DNA of 64,000 nt, taken from the NCBI GenBank assembly GCA_965216875.1, contig OZ244207.1:704001-768000 (forward strand). Reading direction: 5' to 3'. The DNA comes from Rubripirellula sp. GTDB lineage: Bacteria > Planctomycetota > Planctomycetia > Pirellulales > Pirellulaceae. A program made the translations under genes and the position numbers. The notes under the pieces were generated by a model that saw only the letters and a list, made by a program, of their open reading frames with translations, made no database searches and was not told the DNA's origin. Within the stretch, counting starts at the first letter, position 1. Each line of letters opens with the position of its first letter. Of the stretch, positions 56,401-64,000 are shown one piece after another.

Positions 56401-59106
56401 TTTGTGACTTACACCATCACCCGCACAAACGGATCGCAAGGCGAAGTCACGGTCAACTATTCGGCGATTGGCGAAACCGCGACCAATAACCGCGACTTCC
56501 AAGGTGGTTCAGGTTCGATCTTGTTGGTCGAAGGGCAAACGGAACGGTCGTTTGTGATTCCGATTTTGGATGATGCGGAAATCGAAGGCGATGAAACCTT
56601 TGTCGTGAGCTTGACGTCGCTGAGCGGCGGCCGCATCGACACCAATTCGAGTTCGGTGACAACAACCATCATCGATGACGACATCGAGAACGTGCTGCTT
56701 GATTTTGGAGATGCACCCGAGACGTTCGGCACCACGCTCGCCGCTGACGGGCCGAGTCACGGCATCGGAACGTTCCTCAGTCTCGGTGAAAACGTCGATT
56801 CCGAGGATGATGGTCTACCGAGTGTCAACGCCGATGGCGATACCAACGACGATGGCGTGACGGGACTCGCAGAGGGGATCACCGCCGGAGCGTCGGCAAC
56901 GATTCAAGTCAATGTGCAGATGGCAAACAACGCACCGACCGCATTGCTGCAGGGGTGGATCGACTTCAGCGGCGACGGTGTCTTTAGTGAAGACGAACGG
57001 GTGATCAGCAACGCCGCCTACACGAATGACGAAACAAGGGCATTCGACATTGTGGTTCCGGCAGGCGCCGTGACTGGGCAATCGTACGCTCGTTTCCGCG
57101 TCAGCACACTCGCGAGTCTCTTCCCGACCGGCAATGCGCCCGACGGCGAAGTCGAGGACTACGTCGTCACCATCAACGAAAGCACCGGGCAGAACACTCC
57201 ACCCATCGTTGATGCTGGCGGACCCTACCAGGTCAACGAGGGCAGCGACCTGGTGCTGACCGCGACCGGTACCGATGCGCAAGATGGATCCAATCTCACA
57301 TACGAGTGGGATTTGGATTTTGTCAGCGGATCCTTCGCAGCGGATCGCACAGGACGCGTGATCACTCTGTCGCAAGTTCTTGATCCGCCGTCGAGTCTCA
57401 ATGTTGCTGTTCGAGCCACGGATAGTGGTGGTTTGACCGACATCGACGAAGCGACGATCACGATCATCAATCTTGCACCCGTTATCAATGCGGATGCAAG
57501 CGAAGTGGTTGCTCCGCCGAACACTCAAACTTCCGCAATGGGCAGCTTCTCCGACCCCGGTAACGATCCGGTCTCTCTGTCCGCATCGGTCGGAACCGTC
57601 ACAGGATCGGGTGGACGCTACACGTGGACGGGGCCGAGCAACGCCGGGCTGGTCACGATCACGGCAACCGATGACGATTTGGCGACAGCGACGACATCGT
57701 TCACGGTTCGCGAGTCGGCCGCGAACACGCCACCCAGCGTTGACGCTGGCGGCCCCTACACGGTCAACGAAGGGGAAACGCTTTCACTTTCCGCTACCGG
57801 AAGTGACGCCGAAGATGGAAACTCGCTCACCTATCAGTGGGACTTATCTTTCGATGGAACGTTCAACGTCGACGCGACGGGTCAAAACGTTTCGATCAAT
57901 CGTGTGCTCGATCCACCGTCAACCTTTACCGTCGCCGTGCGAGCAACCGATAGCGGCGGATTGGCTGCAACGGACACCGCAGCCGTGACGGTTGTCAATC
58001 TGCCACCGAACATCATGGCAGACTCGGCCACCGTCATTGTTCAGCCCGGATCGACCGCGACTGCCATGGGCAGTTTTTCCGATCCAGGTGATGATCCCGT
58101 CACCCTATCGGCTTCCGTAGGGTCAGTAACCGGAAACGCAGCGCGGTACACGTGGACGGGGCCAAGTACCGCTGGAACCGTGACGATCACGGCAACCGAC
58201 GATGACAACGCATCCGCCACAACAACGTTTACGGTTCAAGAAGCGGTGAACAATCCGCCCACGGTCGAAGCGGGCGGACCCTACGCGGTTGACGAAGGCG
58301 GTTCGGTACAGCTCGTCGCTCAAGGCATGGACGTTGAAACCGACGTTGCCAACTTGCTCTACGCATGGGACTTGGACGGCGACGGAGCATTCGACGATGC
58401 CAACAGTCGCGTTGTCACACTTCAAAACGTTCAAGATCCACCGACAAGTTTCCAGGTTGCCGTACGCGTGACCGACAGCGGCAATGCATCGGCAACCGAC
58501 ACGGCTACGGTCACGGTCAATAACTTGCCGCCAACCATTCGAGCCGATCGAGCGTTCTTGGTTGCAACCGAAGGAACGCAGGTCACGGCAGCCGGCAGCT
58601 TCTCCGACCCAGGAGATGATCCTCTTCAGTTGGATGCATCGATCGGAACGGTCACCGGCAACAACGGACGTTATCGTTGGACGGGGCCAAGCGACGCTGG
58701 GTCGGTCACCATCACTGTGACCGACGACAATGGAGCGACCGACAGCACGACGTTCACGATTCGAGAGATTCCGGTGGGCGGGGGTTCGGTGCCGTGGCTA
58801 CCCGGTGTCGATCCACTCGCTGCGAGGACGGATGTCAATCGTGACGGACGAACTTCCGCACTTGATGCTTTGATGGTGATCAACTTCCTTGGCATCCGTC
58901 GCAGTGTCGAAGGTGACGCGGCAAGCGGCAACGTCGATGTATCCTCCTATGACGTCAACAATGACGGCCGCGTGAGTGCCCGCGATGCACTGGCGGTCAT
59001 CAATCGCATCAGTCTGCACCAAACGGTTGCCGAGAGCGAAGAGATCGACCGGGTCTTGGGGGATGTCGAGACGTGGGTCGATGAGCGCGAAGGGAGTCTG
59101 TTCTGA
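47473..59106 (+). CDS. Giant secreted/surface protein 2 (~3877 aa), tandem paralog with one extra delta-60 block
   Basis: ELLEARLLLA and the same domain order as protein 1. Start taken at ATG 47473; the ORF track begins at 47437. Confidence 0.9.
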   Translation: MIGSRRQRAGSSTRRNKRNRFRGELLEARLLLAAGDPDLGFASDGAASVQVESGQHQLKPVVVAQSPGDRTVVVYETRSGLNTVSSRTTIVARYNADGTPDPTFADIGSREVIGRNGNGEDEVVVDAVVDDLGNIYVLGEIEDPRDDPSDVSITKFAPDGTLSRDLTPGSESIFSGSFYDFSTDDNTVVDRPKAIGLDSEDRLYVASESGQGSVVARILPNGTVDPTYGVDGIVSVDPNPGQAFSISDLAVDGDGTVVVIGEVAGQPLATRLLADGSVDNGFGVSGTRTIALPGGASSPPKLHVDSAGRLLIGATTGDDFAATRLSASGAIDAGFGSSGTAVIDAGGTDLLVAITTDAAGRVVLGGNTASAGEQNVAIARLTPSGSADATVGIGGVVVRDLGEADDAFGDLVGRADGTLIAAVVAPSINGEHGDASLIGLDTSLQNDVSFGSGGTVDVALFGETDIVGVFSGQRYRTRALADDSVILIHPRGSIKVLSDGTPDPNYGDDGVAFHGIAIQFGRAIVRDDGSHIIAGSPNTFSGSYRFIAVDANGNLDASFGSGGVANDTVDQVFFTDVIEAADGGFIVLGNTSTSLPPAAQGMVITKYDASGQRDTSFGSGGQLIIQQPSDENYSGRTLLADPSGDFVITGTSDDGSTSGSRIIFASFTPTGQINSSFGNNGIINTATRVESVVSSVQIDDGGYIVSSLFGDITTIHRFNSIGLEDRTFGFNGSLSLNDPTINATDFRGEINVDGDGGILIPSNGRASFDVLRLTADGKIDPLFGDFGVASIPLAAEVSTKTLAEISFDSQGRIVSGAGVTLGALFSPRPTLFRFSNSATDCGVAGCIRFEEQLPVVSEGDGEAIVTLTREGGTTGNVSVRLRTLRERAVEALPGEDYTPVDTRVDFVDGQQTATVRIPIVSDDIDEAPDTILLEIDDAQGGALFENPQRARLTIERQGPNPVAFDSTFGDRGITDIDFAQNSPIVSDIVQQSDGKIVVVGSDGFGSGDFLTMRFNVDGSLDDTFSDDGIVRTDFQLERDLSRAVAMQSDGKIIVAGESQFAVDVGLAESRSTLIRLLPDGRIDRMFGSDGNGRVVNDDLELEAYTDVLVLPDDSMFVASEINRFEQGVGNIRAIVVQKLFADGSLDASFGNNGQVRIDDANASGTSSSGVDGKQLAVDPSGRLIVAGSFIELVGNSSISRPLVIAMSQSGVLDTSFGDQGLAIFREFGDVRSAATGMSVAENGQIYVAVNNDLTVLSVTPNGQLDTNFDGDGIASIEAFADAVDTVTDITITPNGRIWVSGVVETASIFGSVAVASFLPSGRPDPAIDGVGFKVYPRDSGIFESGAMTVLNGGEVLVAAATSVRPADAPSIDFVSLIKVAGGDGAGELNFEFGEVEVDENRGLIELQVLRTDGGQGQVSVTYATRNGAALAGDDYVQQTGELLFVDGQLSAGLTILLEDNAAIEGPENFFVDLSSPVGGATLGATDSVEVTIVDGPGTIQFASPVVAAAESQFTSSITLTRQGGSDGEVSVRVRSVGGSATVGADYVAVDQVVTFVDGQTEASFALGLIDDPITEGIETIDLELSQPAGGATIGSQGTTLVRLFDVEPFQATTAGALDLSFSGDGRARPVTTPPFDEIFTFASVNPIGMANRSGGSFVVADQFFRLTGVRDDGTVDNRFGTDGIANANVESLGVDSQRSEDFAVDSQGRFVVVGRRSLGFDADFVVARFLPSGELDDSFANNGLAVLDLGGDDRAFAVAIDGNDGIFVAGSTGGVFQRQIGVVHFNSSGDLNNSFGNAGIVKIDGQERFEEATAITVEPDGSVLVAGHEVRELQDVGGIAVSSADILLTRLSANGAIDTSYGTAGRAMPEFVDRTGNITDDDRVRKLIPLEGGKTLLIGSTDAEFLVARFNGDGTLDTSFGRGDGFVTGVLSPGGRGAQGLDFAFDAILGIDGSITVVGESRTAFGSEQLSVARLTADGVPDPTFGARGGRNFSGLDFVDGGRAVMRAEGGGLLVATLNGGVVKLIETTVCPAAGCVQFTTLDASETEFDQTVELRVARPIDASEGEVTVQFFTIDGTATAGTDYVATTGTITFGDTEATQVIRVPILGDSIREGDETFFVVLAAPTGGAVLGAQFVVPVAILDNEFSAADNLPNLSIFGGFFAEDSGEINVRLSFDSTRSQPIVVDYTTVPVGTATPGVDYIPSSGTITINPNDSSAFVPVPVVLDDEIEPDETFQIVLSGVTGANLTRATGTVTIADVVSTDCEGGPGTPHPAFGEDGVGRFDPDPSTTGDVGPIDTFLADDGRIVQIGSLLDSDSGISVVRYNANGTPDASFGTAGVVRIPTVQNGGVLPDPSIEDGSEFAEAVRMLADGSVLVFGRAFQDSLFNLFVLKLRPNGTLDPTFGTGGIQFTPLVNLQVDFTSGTVAPDGSVYLVGSAGVQWESTDANTYSSVVPVGFFNPVGFRTQYRSSVMMLRLDGQGQLDTTFGIDGSVVFGGASGIESIEFDSQGRPLVLINGFAAESSSFDKSLIRLTSAGAIDTQFSDRPFVPEVPFPSDVQIPPGATEEHLFNDASIDDFTVAPNGDLIFFGGLSQTVVSPDDDSVIFSDFSDYLFRVTTDLQPVTSFADQGVSRFDTFDFNLFVDDIAAQPDGRVLLMGQAFGQLGTIRTHPSGFIDQGFGGTGLQRVPGTFPNFGSVDILRAANDQTLVAFGDGSSFAVASLSSGPASGVIRLERSTTSVAEDGQSLEMLVRRVCGVDGPVSVQVATANGTALAGADYTALSQTVNFADGEFVQTITIPIIDDQTFDGDLDFTVNLSSPTGGATIETVITTTVTIIDDEQPGRLQFAGGPVTVSETDGTATVTIERIDGDGGEVSVLVTPTGNATNGEDYNFPVTTVTFANGVTSQDVVIPIVDDALVEPDAEVIRLALSNPGGGAELGFLTTTTVEILDDDVLVTPPQGTFSISATSSNVEEFAGFVTYTITRTNGSQGEVTVNYSAIGETATNNRDFQGGSGSILLVEGQTERSFVIPILDDAEIEGDETFVVSLTSLSGGRIDTNSSSVTTTIIDDDIENVLLDFGDAPETFGTTLAADGPSHGIGTFLSLGENVDSEDDGLPSVNADGDTNDDGVTGLAEGITAGASATIQVNVQMANNAPTALLQGWIDFSGDGVFSEDERVISNAAYTNDETRAFDIVVPAGAVTGQSYARFRVSTLASLFPTGNAPDGEVEDYVVTINESTGQNTPPIVDAGGPYQVNEGSDLVLTATGTDAQDGSNLTYEWDLDFVSGSFAADRTGRVITLSQVLDPPSSLNVAVRATDSGGLTDIDEATITIINLAPVINADASEVVAPPNTQTSAMGSFSDPGNDPVSLSASVGTVTGSGGRYTWTGPSNAGLVTITATDDDLATATTSFTVRESAANTPPSVDAGGPYTVNEGETLSLSATGSDAEDGNSLTYQWDLSFDGTFNVDATGQNVSINRVLDPPSTFTVAVRATDSGGLAATDTAAVTVVNLPPNIMADSATVIVQPGSTATAMGSFSDPGDDPVTLSASVGSVTGNAARYTWTGPSTAGTVTITATDDDNASATTTFTVQEAVNNPPTVEAGGPYAVDEGGSVQLVAQGMDVETDVANLLYAWDLDGDGAFDDANSRVVTLQNVQDPPTSFQVAVRVTDSGNASATDTATVTVNNLPPTIRADRAFLVATEGTQVTAAGSFSDPGDDPLQLDASIGTVTGNNGRYRWTGPSDAGSVTITVTDDNGATDSTTFTIREIPVGGGSVPWLPGVDPLAARTDVNRDGRTSALDALMVINFLGIRRSVEGDAASGNVDVSSYDVNNDGRVSARDALAVINRISLHQTVAESEEIDRVLGDVETWVDEREGSLF

Positions 59107-59130
59107 TCGCCCGCGTCTGCTTGAGAGGCA

Positions 59131-60444
59131 TCACTCGTGACGCAGGGCGTCGATCGGGTTCATCAACGCAGCACGCCGCGCTGGGTAGACGCCGAATAGC
59201 AACCCCACGCCAAGCGAAATGAACAACGACAACGCGATCGACCACGGCGCGATTCGCGGCTCGAGGCTCATCACAACCGGCGGCAACATGTCGGGCGACA
59301 TCGAAACGATCGCCCAGCGGACCACGCGGAAGATGGGCCCGCACATCAGGCCGAATGCAACGCCTAGCAGCCCGCCGCTGCCGGTCAGGACAACGGTTTC
59401 GGTGAGAAACTGTTGGATGATATCGCCACGTTTGGCGCCAAGCGCCCGGCGAATTCCGATTTCGCGAGTTCGTTCCGTCACGGTCGCAAGCATGATGTTC
59501 ATGATCCCGATGCCGCCGACCAACAACGAGATCCCGGCGATTACCACGAGCAGGACGTTGAACATCGCGCGAGTGCGTTCGGCTTGCCGGAGCAATTCTT
59601 TGGGCACGACGACAGCATAGTCTTCTTCTTCGTGATATCGGTCGAGCAATGCTTCGACAATCGCAGCCGTTTCGTCAACCTCTTCGATGCTGCCGACAGT
59701 GATCGTGATTTGAGTCAGCTCGACGATTTCGCCCTTGAAATTGAATCCGCGGCCTTCGCCAATGCGGTTCATGATTTGATCGCCAACACGCAGTTGAAAC
59801 GTTTTGAGCGGGATGTAGGCATCAAAGCTGTATTCGCGCGCTTCGAGGCTGCCGCCGATCGCCGCCGATGCTTCGCGTGGCTTCGTCTGACCGATCACGG
59901 TGTAAACGTCACTCTTCACATCGATCCGTTGTCCGATCGGATCATCGAATGGAAACAAGCGTTTGGCGGTTTGGTCGGCCAAGACGATCACGTTCTTGCC
60001 GTCGTCTCGCGCGTTCATCCAGCGACCGCGTGCAATCTCCAGACGATTGAGTTCCAAGTGGTCCTCGGTACAGCCAATCAACGTGACATCGGCTGTGCGA
60101 CCGCCCACCATGAATTCGCGTTTGAGCTCGCGAATGGGAACGGCGCGAACGACGGTTGGAATGTTCGACACAATGCGGCGATAGTCCGCCCGGAGGAGAC
60201 CGTACTTTTTGACCCGTTCATCATCTGACGTTTGCGGTTCAATGCTCCGCACGATGATGTTGGTCGCGCCCAGTTCCATGATTTGTTGCTGAGCGTCATA
60301 GCTGACCCCTTCGCCCATCGCGACCAGCCAAATCACCGTCGTCGTGCCGATGAAAATGCCGAGCGCAGCCAGGGCGGACCGCATCTTTTGAAGCGAGAGA
60401 CTCTTGAGGCCAAGTTGGAGCGTGCGTACGATCGAGCTGCTCAT
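59131..60444 (-). CDS. ABC transporter permease, MacB/FtsX type
   Basis: RSALAALGIFIG, large periplasmic domain, ISLLVGGIGIMNIMLATVTERTREIGIRRALGA, PIDALRHE. Confidence 0.93.
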   Translation of the reverse strand: MSSSIVRTLQLGLKSLSLQKMRSALAALGIFIGTTTVIWLVAMGEGVSYDAQQQIMELGATNIIVRSIEPQTSDDERVKKYGLLRADYRRIVSNIPTVVRAVPIRELKREFMVGGRTADVTLIGCTEDHLELNRLEIARGRWMNARDDGKNVIVLADQTAKRLFPFDDPIGQRIDVKSDVYTVIGQTKPREASAAIGGSLEAREYSFDAYIPLKTFQLRVGDQIMNRIGEGRGFNFKGEIVELTQITITVGSIEEVDETAAIVEALLDRYHEEEDYAVVVPKELLRQAERTRAMFNVLLVVIAGISLLVGGIGIMNIMLATVTERTREIGIRRALGAKRGDIIQQFLTETVVLTGSGGLLGVAFGLMCGPIFRVVRWAIVSMSPDMLPPVVMSLEPRIAPWSIALSLFISLGVGLLFGVYPARRAALMNPIDALRHE

Positions 60445-62117
60445 CCGCCGGTCGCCGCCTTGATCTTGGCATCAATTTCACCGGCATCGACTTTACCGTC
60501 GCCGTTCGTATCAACCTCTGGGAAACTGGATCGGTCTTTCTCGGAGAACTCGTCCTCGGTAAGCACGCCGTCCTTGTTTTTGTCTGCCATGGCGATGACT
60601 TGAGCACCCGTGATCTTTGCAGTGGCCGAGTTCCCTTTCTTGCTTGACTTCTTTTCAGAGGCGGCGGCTTCGTCGTCGCCGGTTCCTTTGGCGTCATCAG
60701 ATGCCTGTGTGCCGTCATCAGATGCCTGTGCGGCGGCGAGTTTCGATGGTTCTCCGGTCGACGACGGAACGGCCAGGCGAAGTGCGGCGCGCTGAGCGTC
60801 ATCGACGTAGGCCATCGGGTTAAGGATGACCTCTTCGTTTTCTTCCAGACCCGATTTGACGACAGCAAATTCATCATTGCTGCCACCGAGCGAGATTTGA
60901 CGTCGTTGGATCCCTGTCGCACTTTTCACCCAGCAGTAGTATTCCTTGTCGGTCTGCAGAATCGCGGCGACCGGAATCCGTACGACATCCTGGTGGTCTG
61001 CGAGAATGATGTCGACCACGGCGCTCATTCCCGGTTTGAGTCCGGGGCGTGGTTTGAGGCGAATGATCGTGTCGTACTTGACCATATTGCCTGTCCACCA
61101 GCCGGCGGGACGCGTCACTTCGGCGATCTCGGCAACCTCTCCATCAAGCACCAGGTCTTGAAGCTGCACTTGGGCTTTCATGCCGATGTAGAGCTGGTCA
61201 ACTTTCGATTCGTGCACGCCAACTTTGACCTGCATCTTCGAAACGTCAGGGATCATCAGCAGCGTTTGTTGTTCTCGTACGACAGCCCCTTCTTCGATGT
61301 CGGGCGTCTCTTTCCATTCGGCAGCCGATGGGAAAATCACCATGCCTTCCGTGTCGGCTCTGATGACACAATTGGTCAACTGCTCCTTGTCGCGGTCAAG
61401 GCGATCCTTTTCCAAAGAGAGCGATGCCTCTTCGGCCGCGTAACGCGCCTCTGCGGCTGCCAACGCACTCTCTAGCCCCTGCATCGTTTTTTTGCGTTTG
61501 TATTTGTCGAGCGTCGAAAGCTGTTGTTCCTTCAACTGCAATGCCTTTCGAGCCGACTCGACGGCGAACTGTTCGCTTTCGAGTTGCAGCGTTTTGAACG
61601 TCCCCTTTGAAGCCATCCGAACGGCCGAGTCGTACGTCAACTGGGCTTTCTTGACCAGTTGTGTGGCATCGAAGATCTCTTTTTCGATCGCCGCGCGTTC
61701 TTCTAGATAGGTGCCGTTGAGGTATTCCTCGATGTTGGTCTTGGCGACATCAACCTCGCTTTGCGCGATGATTTGGTTCGCAACCGCACGCTCATAGGCG
61801 ATCTGCTGGCGCGTGATGTTTTCTTCGATGATCGAGGTGTCGAGCTTGACCAATTCGTCGCCTGGCTTGACGATCGTTCCCGTTTCAATCACCCACAAGA
61901 CGGTGCTGCCCCCTTTGACAAAGCACTTGATCTCTTTGTTGTTCGAGCTTTCCAGCGTCCCGTTTTCGGTGACGACGACCGAAAGGTCGCCGCGCGACAC
62001 CGTGTGAGTCAGCGCTTCGGTTTCATCGCGCGTTGCCAACGAGCTTGAAAGGAAAGGCGCGAATGCAGCGAAGACTGCGACAATCCCGAGACCGAGGACG
62101 GTTCGTTTGATCCACAT
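60441..62117 (-). CDS. Efflux periplasmic adaptor (MacA/HlyD-like) with C-terminal EF-hand pair
   Basis: N-terminal TM, VIETGTIVKPGDELVKLD, long coiled coil, LKPGMSA, DKNKDGVLTEDE and DTNGDGKVDAGE. Start taken at ATG 62117. Confidence 0.88.
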   Translation of the reverse strand: MWIKRTVLGLGIVAVFAAFAPFLSSSLATRDETEALTHTVSRGDLSVVVTENGTLESSNNKEIKCFVKGGSTVLWVIETGTIVKPGDELVKLDTSIIEENITRQQIAYERAVANQIIAQSEVDVAKTNIEEYLNGTYLEERAAIEKEIFDATQLVKKAQLTYDSAVRMASKGTFKTLQLESEQFAVESARKALQLKEQQLSTLDKYKRKKTMQGLESALAAAEARYAAEEASLSLEKDRLDRDKEQLTNCVIRADTEGMVIFPSAAEWKETPDIEEGAVVREQQTLLMIPDVSKMQVKVGVHESKVDQLYIGMKAQVQLQDLVLDGEVAEIAEVTRPAGWWTGNMVKYDTIIRLKPRPGLKPGMSAVVDIILADHQDVVRIPVAAILQTDKEYYCWVKSATGIQRRQISLGGSNDEFAVVKSGLEENEEVILNPMAYVDDAQRAALRLAVPSSTGEPSKLAAAQASDDGTQASDDAKGTGDDEAAASEKKSSKKGNSATAKITGAQVIAMADKNKDGVLTEDEFSEKDRSSFPEVDTNGDGKVDAGEIDAKIKAATGG

Positions 62118-62431
62118 GATTGGGACAGATATGGAGATGTAAGTGGAGGGGGGCGGACAACTCAAGCGATCAAATGATCGTGCAAAGCAAGACCTTCTGG
62201 AGTTGCCACAGTTTTGTGCCTCGCCGGCAAGAGTGTCATCCGTCGGTGGTGATTGCGAGGCAAACGTTGGCCAGCAGGCCCTACCCTCTCCAGGTTAATC
62301 CATTGGTGGTAATTGTCCAAAGGGCTCGCCTGTCTCCTTCGGTCCCAATCACGCGGCGAGCGTATCTCGGAGGAAAAACTCTGTAACGCCGTGTAACCCG
62401 TGAGGCCGCAAAGACTGCCTGAATTACCAAT

Positions 62432-64000
62432 CTAGAAACCGCAATACCAATGATTGGAAAAAGTCACTTCGCGGTCATCAGTCACAATGTCGCAATAAGG
62501 GAACAACGCGCGCAGTTTTTTCAGTTGTGCGTCGCCGACTCGATCCGCGTCGACCGCAACGGTCGTCAGTGCGGGCAGGCGATAGAGAGGTTGGAGGTTT
62601 GTGACCTCGGTGCCACGAAGGTCGATGAACTCGAGGACGCTGCATTGGACCAACGGGGTGAGGTCCTTCACGCCGGTGTCCTTCAGACTGATCATCGCCA
62701 GGTTGGGCATGTTTTTCAGTGGTCCAAGATCATCAACGGAGGTCTGATCGATCCACAATTGAGTGAGCGATTTGGAGCCACTGAGAGGCGAGAGGTCAGT
62801 AACGAGTGTTCGGCGGATGTCGAGTTCAGACAGCTTCGACATCTCGGCAGTGAAGTCGATGTCCGTGATCGGGTTGCCGACGATATCAAGGGTGCTGATT
62901 TCCCGATTGGCCGCCAACCAAGAAAAATCATCAAGCTTGTTGTTCTCCAACGAAATGCTCGTAAGCTCCGTCGCAAAGGTCGTGAGAACGTCTGGTTGGT
63001 TGATGGTCGAGTTGGCAATCGCTACGGAACGAAGCTCGGGGAGCTCCGAAATCGATTCGAAGTCAAAGTCCCTAACGTCGTTGATCGTCAGCGAGCGAAG
63101 GTTTTGAGCATTGCGAAGAAAACTCCAGTTGGCGACGTCCAGTTCAATGAGATCAAGCGAACGAAGATCGTTCATGTTGCCAATTGCCGAGAAGTCTTTC
63201 GCTCCGATCTTTGACAAGCTAAGTACCTGAAGCTGGTCGAGGTCAGCCAGAGGAGCGAGCGAGCTGATTCTGCGTCCACTCAAGCACAGTGTGTTGAGTT
63301 CGGAGAGTTCACGCAGCGGCTCAATGCTCTGTAGGTCACAGTTTCTGGCGTAAAGTGATTCGAGGATCAGGTTGTGGAGCGGGTGAAGGTCAACCACGTT
63401 CGTCTCTGAGATATCAAGCGTTGTGAGTTGATGCAGTTTGCGAATTGGTTTCAAGTCAGAGACAAGCGAACGTTCAATGCGCAATTCGCTCAACTGGGAA
63501 CACGATTGAAGGGGATCGAGATCGGCGATTGGGCAGCCACCGCAATCGAGTATGGTCAGTTCGTGCGCCCCGCGCAATGGGGAAAGATCATCGACGCGCG
63601 TACCGGCAAGGCTTACCCATTGCAGCCGATTCATGCGTCGGAGACCCTCGACGTTGTGTAGCCTCGATCCGCCGACGCTTAGCCATTGAACTCGATCGAG
63701 TTTTGAAAACGCATCAAGATCTCCGGCAGCCACTTCATCAAGGTAGATACTGTCGAGCCCCCGAAGCTTACCGATCGCCCGCAACTGATCACTCGTCGTC
63801 TGACCGAAACCGCTTACCGAATCGACATAGAAGACAAAGTCAGGACCTGTCCACTCGCTCAAGCGGTCGGCCCAAGTCTCTTCAGGTTGAGACGCAACCG
63901 GTGCGGCTAGGAGTTTGGTCAACGGCGGCTTTTCTTCGTTGGTCAAAAACGATTCGACCGAATTCAACCACGACTGGTCAGAATAGCTAATCGAAACATC
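62432..64000 (-). CDS. Internalin-like leucine-rich repeat protein, 5' end beyond the window
   Basis: 22-aa repeats L..L.L..T.V.DLSPL; the frame stays open to base 64000. Confidence 0.88.
   Translation of the reverse strand, partial: DVSISYSDQSWLNSVESFLTNEEKPPLTKLLAAPVASQPEETWADRLSEWTGPDFVFYVDSVSGFGQTTSDQLRAIGKLRGLDSIYLDEVAAGDLDAFSKLDRVQWLSVGGSRLHNVEGLRRMNRLQWVSLAGTRVDDLSPLRGAHELTILDCGGCPIADLDPLQSCSQLSELRIERSLVSDLKPIRKLHQLTTLDISETNVVDLHPLHNLILESLYARNCDLQSIEPLRELSELNTLCLSGRRISSLAPLADLDQLQVLSLSKIGAKDFSAIGNMNDLRSLDLIELDVANWSFLRNAQNLRSLTINDVRDFDFESISELPELRSVAIANSTINQPDVLTTFATELTSISLENNKLDDFSWLAANREISTLDIVGNPITDIDFTAEMSKLSELDIRRTLVTDLSPLSGSKSLTQLWIDQTSVDDLGPLKNMPNLAMISLKDTGVKDLTPLVQCSVLEFIDLRGTEVTNLQPLYRLPALTTVAVDADRVGDAQLKKLRALFPYCDIVTDDREVTFSNHWYCGF

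Overview
Chromosomal window of a planctomycete, most likely Pirellulaceae, judged from DUF1552/DUF1592 cytochrome genes, a PVC-type heme protein, LEPRxLL-type giant secreted proteins and a kinase-WD40 protein. I can support about 32 CDS and see no rRNA, tRNA, CRISPR array, transposase, integrase or phage gene. The left half holds ilvE, fabI/fabZ-like genes, a LarA-family protein, rimI, a coupled HesA-like E1 / MoaD-like carrier / MoeZ trio, pqiAB-like genes, a divergent NAD-dependent DNA ligase, and a cytochrome gene run ending in an orphan PRTase-TRSP gene. The right half holds a kinase-WD40 protein, a cysteine-desulfurase-like protein, a probable outer-membrane barrel, two tandem paralogous giant proteins (about 3,470 and 3,880 aa), a MacAB-like pair lacking its ATPase, and an LRR gene cut by the window edge. 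Intergenic DNA carries several REP-like palindrome families, three of them tandemly amplified at the GTAG end. The best leads are the degenerate E1 coupled to a carrier and an intact E1, the ligase lacking both adenine-reading residues, the giant-protein locus, the PRTase-TRSP gene and the REP end amplifications. All calls come from reading motifs by eye; no searches were run, and I cannot claim a proven new system.
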